Shown here piece after piece: positions 57,614 through 64,000 of a stretch of 64,000 bases of DNA (within the stretch, counting starts at the first letter, position 1; every line of letters starts with the position of its first letter). The notes beneath the pieces were generated by a model. The model had not been told where the DNA came from and did not search any database. It saw only the letters and a program-made list of their open reading frames with translations. The position numbers and the translations under genes were made by a program. The stretch is from NCBI GenBank assembly GCA_977862235.1, contig OZ374559.1, positions 1,364,001 to 1,428,000 on the forward strand. Reading direction: 5' to 3'. Origin of the DNA: Dudresnaya verticillata (lineage: Eukaryota).

Positions 57614-58535
57614 AAGGTCGACCTACGCAGACTTCATCGCTTCGCTGCAACCTTCTTCCTTTTTCTTTTCATTCTTGATACTGTCCTGTCCCGTCCTGGC
57701 CTGTCCTGTCTGCTTGTGTCCTGTCCTGTCGGCTTGTGTCCTGTCCTGTCTGCTTGTTGTCTGTTGAAAGTGGTCCCTATCCCACTGTGTCGGCTTGTGT
57801 CTCTGATTTTGTGAGAGAGTTCTCGAGGCTCTCGTCCGCTGTTGTCTTGGTCCGTGAGCTTGCTGAGAGATTGAGTGTTGTGCGTGGTGACTCTCGTTAA
57901 GTCAGGACCTCGTTGGCCTAGGGGAGCAGCCTCCAGTAAGATCCAGAACCTTGACACGGTTGGGCCTAGTTCCATTCCTGCAAGAGACTGGACCTGTTCG
58001 TGTGGTGAACACTCGTTTTGAGTTAGTACCCATAAGGTGGACGTCTCGTAAGGATTGCATACTTCGTGTCTGTGTGCGCACGACACGAAAGGGCTGCTGA
58101 AAGACGCATTTCACCCGGAGAATCATATCCGGGGGCCAGGAGTCCGACTCCTAGGGGTGACTAGGTAGAACCTGGTGCCAGAACATCCCGCGTCAAAAAG
58201 ACGTTCAACTATCAAGAATCAACTTTTCAACTTCAAGTTTCAACTTTTCTTCTTCAGTCCAGGTGATCCCATCATCACCTGAGAGTTTCATTACTCCAAG
58301 CGTGGGAGCTACTTGGCAAAGTGTGCTCCGCTTGTGACTGTACTATATTACCGACGTGTTCGACACATTTCTCAGTTTCGTCGTCACGTCTTCGTTGTGT
58401 GAGCTGCACTGCTCTGCTTAACACGACTATTACCCTCTGGGCATCGACACTGTTGCACTAACAGCACTGCCCCAAGTTCACCAAGTTTTCTAAAACTATT
58501 CAAGTTATCTCTTCTCACCATCAGTCCCAACAGCT

Positions 58536-61500
58536 ATGACTGATACCGAAGCCGAGATGGATACTTCGAGCGGGGTCAAGATACCCCGTTTCCACGGCAG
58601 GAGAGGTGACGACTACAGTCTCTGGCGTCATCGCCTTCGTGCCGCATGCCGCATCAAAGGGGTTTGGAATGTTGTCCACACCTCAAACGACACACCGAGC
58701 AGCTCACAGTCAACTGGAGAGGCCTCAGCGGATACTTCCATTCTTCACGCCAGAACCTTGGCCAAACGTGAGAAGGCTTGCGGGATCATTATCTCCGCAC
58801 TTGGTGATGCTCCGCTTCGTGTCGTTATGGAGGTTGATGATGACCCCAAACGCATGCTGGAGCTATTGGACTCGCGCTATGCGTCCAGTCGAACCGTATC
58901 CCGTATCGCTATACAGACCAAGCTATTCCGTATGACGTACACCGGTCAGAATATGTCCAACTATGTCGACCAGTACACGTCACTGTTCGCCCAACTCGAC
59001 CGCATGGGCAACGACTCGGCGATACCGGAGACACATAAGGCACCTATGCTGCTTGCTTCCATTGATCCGTCCTGCCACCTGGAGTCAACAGCTGCCGCTC
59101 TTCGCACCAAAGATGCTGCTGAGCTGACTTGGGACTACGTCGCAACCACGCTGATCAATGAGTACAACGCCAAAGATTGTCATGGATTAAACGCAGGTGG
59201 GAGATCCAGTAAGTCGAAGAGTCGTCGGAAGAAGAAAAAGAAGTCCGCGTCGTCAGGTTCTCGCCAGCAACACAACCCGCTGGATGACAACGACGACTCC
59301 GATGACTCTTCTGATATTGAATCCACCGTCCGTGCGTTGGCGGTTGCACTCAAGTCCGCCAAGCAGGCTCACTCCACCCCGAACCGGCACCTTCACTGTG
59401 ATGTTTGCGAGAAGGATGGACACACCGCGGATCGATGCTATCTAAATCCGGAAAATCCTAACAACAAGCTTCCTCCAAAGGTGCGACAGATGTTCACCAA
59501 CCAGCGCAAAAAGGGCAACGCCAACTCGGCGGTAGCTGCATCTGGTAAGAATAATGGTAAATCTGCAAAGGTAGAAATCGCCGGTGCATCGGTTGAGATG
59601 ACTACTGTTGTTCCTCCGAACGACCAAGGAACGTATGCCGACAGTGGAGCAACTGTGCATTGCTTCCACTCAATGACTTCTTTTGTACCGAGCTCAGTAT
59701 CGCGCTGCGAAAAGCGTACTGTAGTGCTTGCGGACAAGTCGTCTGTCACCTCAGACCTATGTGGAGATGTGATTCTGCCGTTTGAGCATGCCAATATTCG
59801 GCTCAAGAAGGCCCTCTTCATCCCGCAGATGGGATACAATCTTGTCTCTACTGGGCGTTTGGCAGATAAAGGAATTGAATCCCACTTTCGCCGCTTGGAC
59901 GTGCGCTTGATACTCGACTCTGATGGGTACTATATTGGATCCGGTGTTCGCGATGCGAGTTCTGGAATGTACATGCTACCAGAACCCGAGCCGCACACTT
60001 CGGAGGAGCAAGTACTGGCTGTCCCCAGCACGCAGCAAACTACTGAGCTCTGGCATCGACGTCTTGCCCACATTAATTTTCGGGACTTGGCCAACGTGCA
60101 CGAGCATGTTGAGGGTGTTCCGGAGTTGGGCTCCACTCATGAAGTGTGTCGGGCTTGTAGACTTGGGAAAGCACACAAACAATCATTCCCAGGGCACTTC
60201 CGCCCGGCCAAAGCTGTCGGTGATCTCGTGCATTCCGACATTGTTGGTCCAATCCAGATCTCCTTTCCCGATCGTTTCCGGTATGCCACGACGTTTCTGG
60301 ATGATAAATCGCGTTTCTTGTTCGTCGCATGTATGAGAAGTCGCCGTATGTTGAGTGCAGCATTTGATCAAGCCTCAGCAAAGTTTATCGAGCTTGGAGG
60401 AGCGGAAATAACAAAACTCCACTCAGACGGGGCTCAGGAGTATTTGGCTTTGCAGAAAGATTTGGGAGGAGTTGGAGACAGTGGCAAATCCTTCTCCCCA
60501 CCTTATACTCCGGAGCTCAATGGAATCGCGGAAAGGGTGAACCGAACCATGGTGGAAGCTGCCCTGACTTTGCTGATCCAGGCTGATCTACCGGGGTGTT
60601 TGTGGCCGTTTGCACTGAAGCATGTCAACTACGTGCGCAATCGGGTACCACACTCAACCGTTGGGGCTACGCCATACTCGGTCATGACAGGTGATGTTCC
60701 TGATTTAAAACATTTAAGAGTGTTTGGATGTGCTGCATATGTCCTAAGGCTCCCACGCGGATCCAAGTTCGAGTCTCGTGCACTTGAGGGGGTGCACTTG
60801 GAGACTCTAGAGCATGGGATCTACAGGATATTGGTCACTGGCGGTGACGGTATACCTCGTGTGGTTGAGTCGCGGCATGTCACATTCGACGAGTCCAAAT
60901 TCCCGGGTGCTCCAAGCCTGTTGGAATATGGGCAGGACGAGGCAGATTCGGATGAAGATTACGACTCTAACTCAGAGGCCTCTATTTTCAACTCGGACTC
61001 TGATGACGATGTGTCGCTGGGTAACTTTGAGGATGAAGAGGATGCGATTGAAGTTGACACACCTTCTTCACCTCCACTACCTCCATCAGAACCCAGCTCA
61101 TTCGAATCTGATGACACGGCTGAGGAAGAAAACGTCTCTGACAGTCCTCCGGCTGGTGTGAGTTCAGATCCAGAACGCCAGCAACAGAGTCGATATCCTC
61201 GTCGCCAACGTCGCCAGACGTCGAAATGGTTTATGGCAAGCTCTGCACAAGCTGAACAACAGGTTGCCCTCACAACGGGAGATGAGCCCACTCTTCGAGA
61301 GGCCATGTCTGCCACTCCGGAGGAGCGCGGGTTGTGGCAATCTGCCATTGATGATGAGTTCGCATCCTTGGAATCCAAAGGCACTTGGGTCCGTGATGAC
61401 AGTCCCGATGCACAGCCGCTTCCAACGCACGCCGTGCTGAAAGTTAAACGCAAGTCCGACGGGACTGTCGAGCGCTTCAAAGCGCGGGTCGTCGCTGGTG

Positions 61501-61939
61501 GAAACTTCCAGACGTATGGTGAAGACTACATGGAAACATACGCCCCAGTTGTGTCGTTCTCGCTGGTGCGCATGTTCCTATACTTGGTACTGTGTTTGAA
61601 CCTGTTTGTTGCACAGCTAGACGTGAAGACGGCTTTCCTGAATGGTGATCTGGCAGAACACGTGTGGGTAATGTCACCGCGTGGGATTCCTGGAAGGGAA
61701 TCTCTCTGTTACAAACTTCTGAAAGCTATGTATGGGCTAAAACAGGCTCACCTATCTTGGCACACCAAGCTGTGTGGTGACCTTGCTAGGATGATGTTTG
61801 AGGAATTGCCAAGTGCACCTTGCGTGTTTCGTCGCAAATCCAAGTCTTCTGGATACGCATACATCTTGGTGTACGTTGATGACTTGCTCATCCTCGCGCC
61901 CACAAAGGCGGAGAGAGACGCCATTGTTAAGGAACTGCA
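58536..61939 (+). CDS. gag-pol: Copia gag-pol polyprotein, open but truncated in RT (reads through into an inverted LTR to 62222)
   Basis: CDVCEKDGHTADRC; YADSGATVH; LWHRRLAH..CRAC; VHSDIVGP..HSDGAQEY..NGIAERVNRT; RFKARVVAGG; QLDVKTAFLNG; YGLKQA; YVDDLLI. Confidence 0.95.
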
Positions 61940-63014
61940 TGAAAAGGAATATGGAGAGGTTGGAGTTGAACAAGATGAGAAATGGAAGTCGCTTAACTTC
62001 GTTTACTGCAGTCAACCATCCGACATGGCTTATATCAGCTTTTCGGATGAGTTGCTGCGTGAACACAAACAAAACAAATCATTAAAGAAACGCCCAAAAT
62101 CCCTATCATCAAATGGGCGGGAAAAAGTAAAGCAATTAAATCTACCAAATCATACTCTCAGCACACTCACATCCGCCACCAAAATGGGCGGGAACTTGCA
62201 CACCAGTGTTGCTAACTGCTGACATCAGCAATCCCTCTTGCGACCGCATTTCCTGCCATCCATATGTACTCCAACTTTGGGCGGGAACTCGAAAGTATCG
62301 AGTGTCCCCGCATGGCTGCTGTCGGACAACACTGCACACCACGTGGCCGCACTTACGAGCTGAAGTCCGTTCATGAATATCCAACTTGGATCATTGACCA
62401 CGTAATCACCCAGATTTGCCTACGTGGCAGCTGTAAACCAACGTGTCGGCCGCACGACAACTGCATCTGCTGATATCACAAGCCAGGCTCCACGTAGCGC
62501 AAGTCCCTGCAGTACCAACTCAGCTGCCACGTAGGCAAATCTGGGTGATTACGTGGTCAATGATCCAAGTTGGATATTCATGGACGGACTTGAGCTGGTA
62601 AGAGCGGCCACGTGGTGTGCAGCGTTGTCCGACAGCAGCCATGCGGGGACACTCGATACTTTCGAGTTCCCGCCCAAAATTGGAGTACATATGGATGGCA
62701 GGAAATGCAGTCGCAAGAGGGATTGCTGATGTCAGCAGTTAGCAACACTGGTGTGCAAGTTCCCGCCCATTTTGGTGGCGGATGTGAGTGTGCTGAGAGT
62801 ATGATTTGGTAGATTTGATTGTTTTACTTTTTCCCGCCCATTTGATGATAGGGATTTTGGGCGTTTCTTTAATGATTTGTTTTGTTTGTGTTCACGCAGC
62901 AACTCATCCGAAAAGCTGATATAAGCCATGTCGGATGGTCGACTGCAGTAAACGAAGTCAAGCGACTTCCATTTCTCATCTTGTTCAACTTCAACCTCTC
63001 CATATTCCTTTTCA
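61940..63014. repeat. Inverted repeat of Copia LTR 3' halves (494-bp arms, 87-bp spacer)
   Basis: 61940-62433 is the reverse complement of 62521-63014. The spacer 62434-62520 continues the minus-strand LTR. Confidence 0.92.
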
Positions 63015-64000
63015 AAAAGGATCAACAGGGTTGCCACAAACAGGAATGCTGTCTGCAGGGTTGCTGGCTTTTGAAGCCAGGGCATCACCTTGGACTTAGC
63101 GGATTTCTAGAAGATCAATGTTAAAGCCGGTCGGCTTTCTGTGCCTGTACAGTTCTTGCATAAAATTTTAGTAAAGTAGTACATCTGAATTAAACAGTTC
63201 CGTGCTGGAATTGAATGGCATGGCATGGGCCCACATGCATGCATATCTGCAGATACAGACCGGTCTATAGCCGCATGTGGGTAGCGCCACCTCCATGGTT
63301 GAAGAGAGGGATTGTAGCGACGGAGCCTCGTCACCACCGAGGTGGTTGCTACGAAAGCGCGTGGATTTAGAGAGGGGTCGAGATGCGACGGCAGCGGGGC
63401 GCGGGCGGGCGGCGGGTGTGAGAGCTCGTTGGTGGTGTGGGTTGAAGTCGGGCGCGGCCGCGCCGTGGGGCGGCAGTGGGGCATTGCGGAGGTCTGAGGT
63501 GGAGCTAGTATCTATACATACTATAGTTTGGGTACGATAGTACCCGTCGACGGGATGGGGCGCGTTTGTTGCGAGAGCAGCTTCTCACGACGAGCTGCTT
63601 GAATAGAAGGCGGCGATCTGCACGTTCAAGTTTACACCGCGAGAACACGCGGCAATCAGCAATCCCACACCCGCCCCCCGCTCGCCCAGAGCAGCTTCCC
63701 TCCTCGCCGCACTCCCGCCTGCACAATGCCACCCCGCTGCACTAGTGCGGGAGCTCTCGCCTGCACATTGTCGCTGCTGCAGCTCTCCTCAAAATCCCTA
63801 TCGCCGCCACCACCGCGCCCGCACTCCCACTTCGCCCCTCTCCTCACGCACCTGCGAACCGCCTGGCTACGCCCCTCCCTCTCCCCACGCTACCCTCGCG
63901 CTCCTTCCCGGCAACAACATACACCACGCAAGCCACCGCCATCCCGGTCCTGCCTTCCTGTGCACCTCCCCCTCGACCGCCCACCCCGAAACGCACCACA

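Larger units (their letters stand above)
56776..63014 (+). mobile_element. Ty1/Copia retrotransposon, rearranged (RT truncated, RNase H missing, partial 3' LTR)
   Basis: 5' LTR 56776-57599, PBS GGTTATGGGCCCAG, gag-PR-IN-RT ORF, and a partial LTR 62521-63014 ending ...CCTTTTCA. Confidence 0.92.

Noticed and set aside
61940..62222. Novel C-terminal domain of the 1228-aa Copia protein
   Set aside because: It is read-through into the inverted LTR; the same peptide appears in the other LTR copies.
63107..64000. Short GC-rich ORFs at the window end
   Set aside because: They are low-complexity, promoter/UTR-like sequence with no protein motif.

Overview
Eukaryotic, transposon-dense window. The compact, intron-poor genes and the LTR families suggest a red alga such as a florideophyte, but that is inference. 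From left to right: (1) 1-4.9 kb is the 3' end of a Ty3/Gypsy-type element, with a long antisense ORF and a ~1.47 kb LTR. (2) 6-11.5 kb holds a 690-bp solo LTR and two divergent, intact-looking secreted-protein genes: a Cys-rich/tectonin beta-propeller protein and a Cys-rich/Thr-repeat mucin-like protein. (3) 13.9-20.1 kb is a decayed chromodomain-bearing Gypsy element (4-bp TSD) with a solo LTR nested in its 3' LTR. (4) ~20.8-44.8 kb is the main point of interest: a decaying island of four large transcription units arranged divergently around ~33 kb. They encode an unknown protein ending in a Ulp1/C48 protease, a Sen1/Upf1-like SF1 helicase, a KDZ (Kyakuja-Dileera-Zisupton/HMGXB3-like) transposase with Cys clusters, and an unknown ORF followed by a Pif1 helicase. 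All four units carry a TGCGGCWTATT-like motif upstream on the sense strand, and the same motif sits in both arms of a 102-bp zero-spacer palindrome. This looks like a large cargo-carrying DNA transposon; its termini were not found. (5) 46-54.8 kb is a truncated Gypsy element related to the first. (6) 54.8-63 kb is a Ty1/Copia element rearranged into two large inverted repeats. No rRNA, tRNA or CRISPR was seen. All domain calls come from motif recognition by eye, not from database searches.
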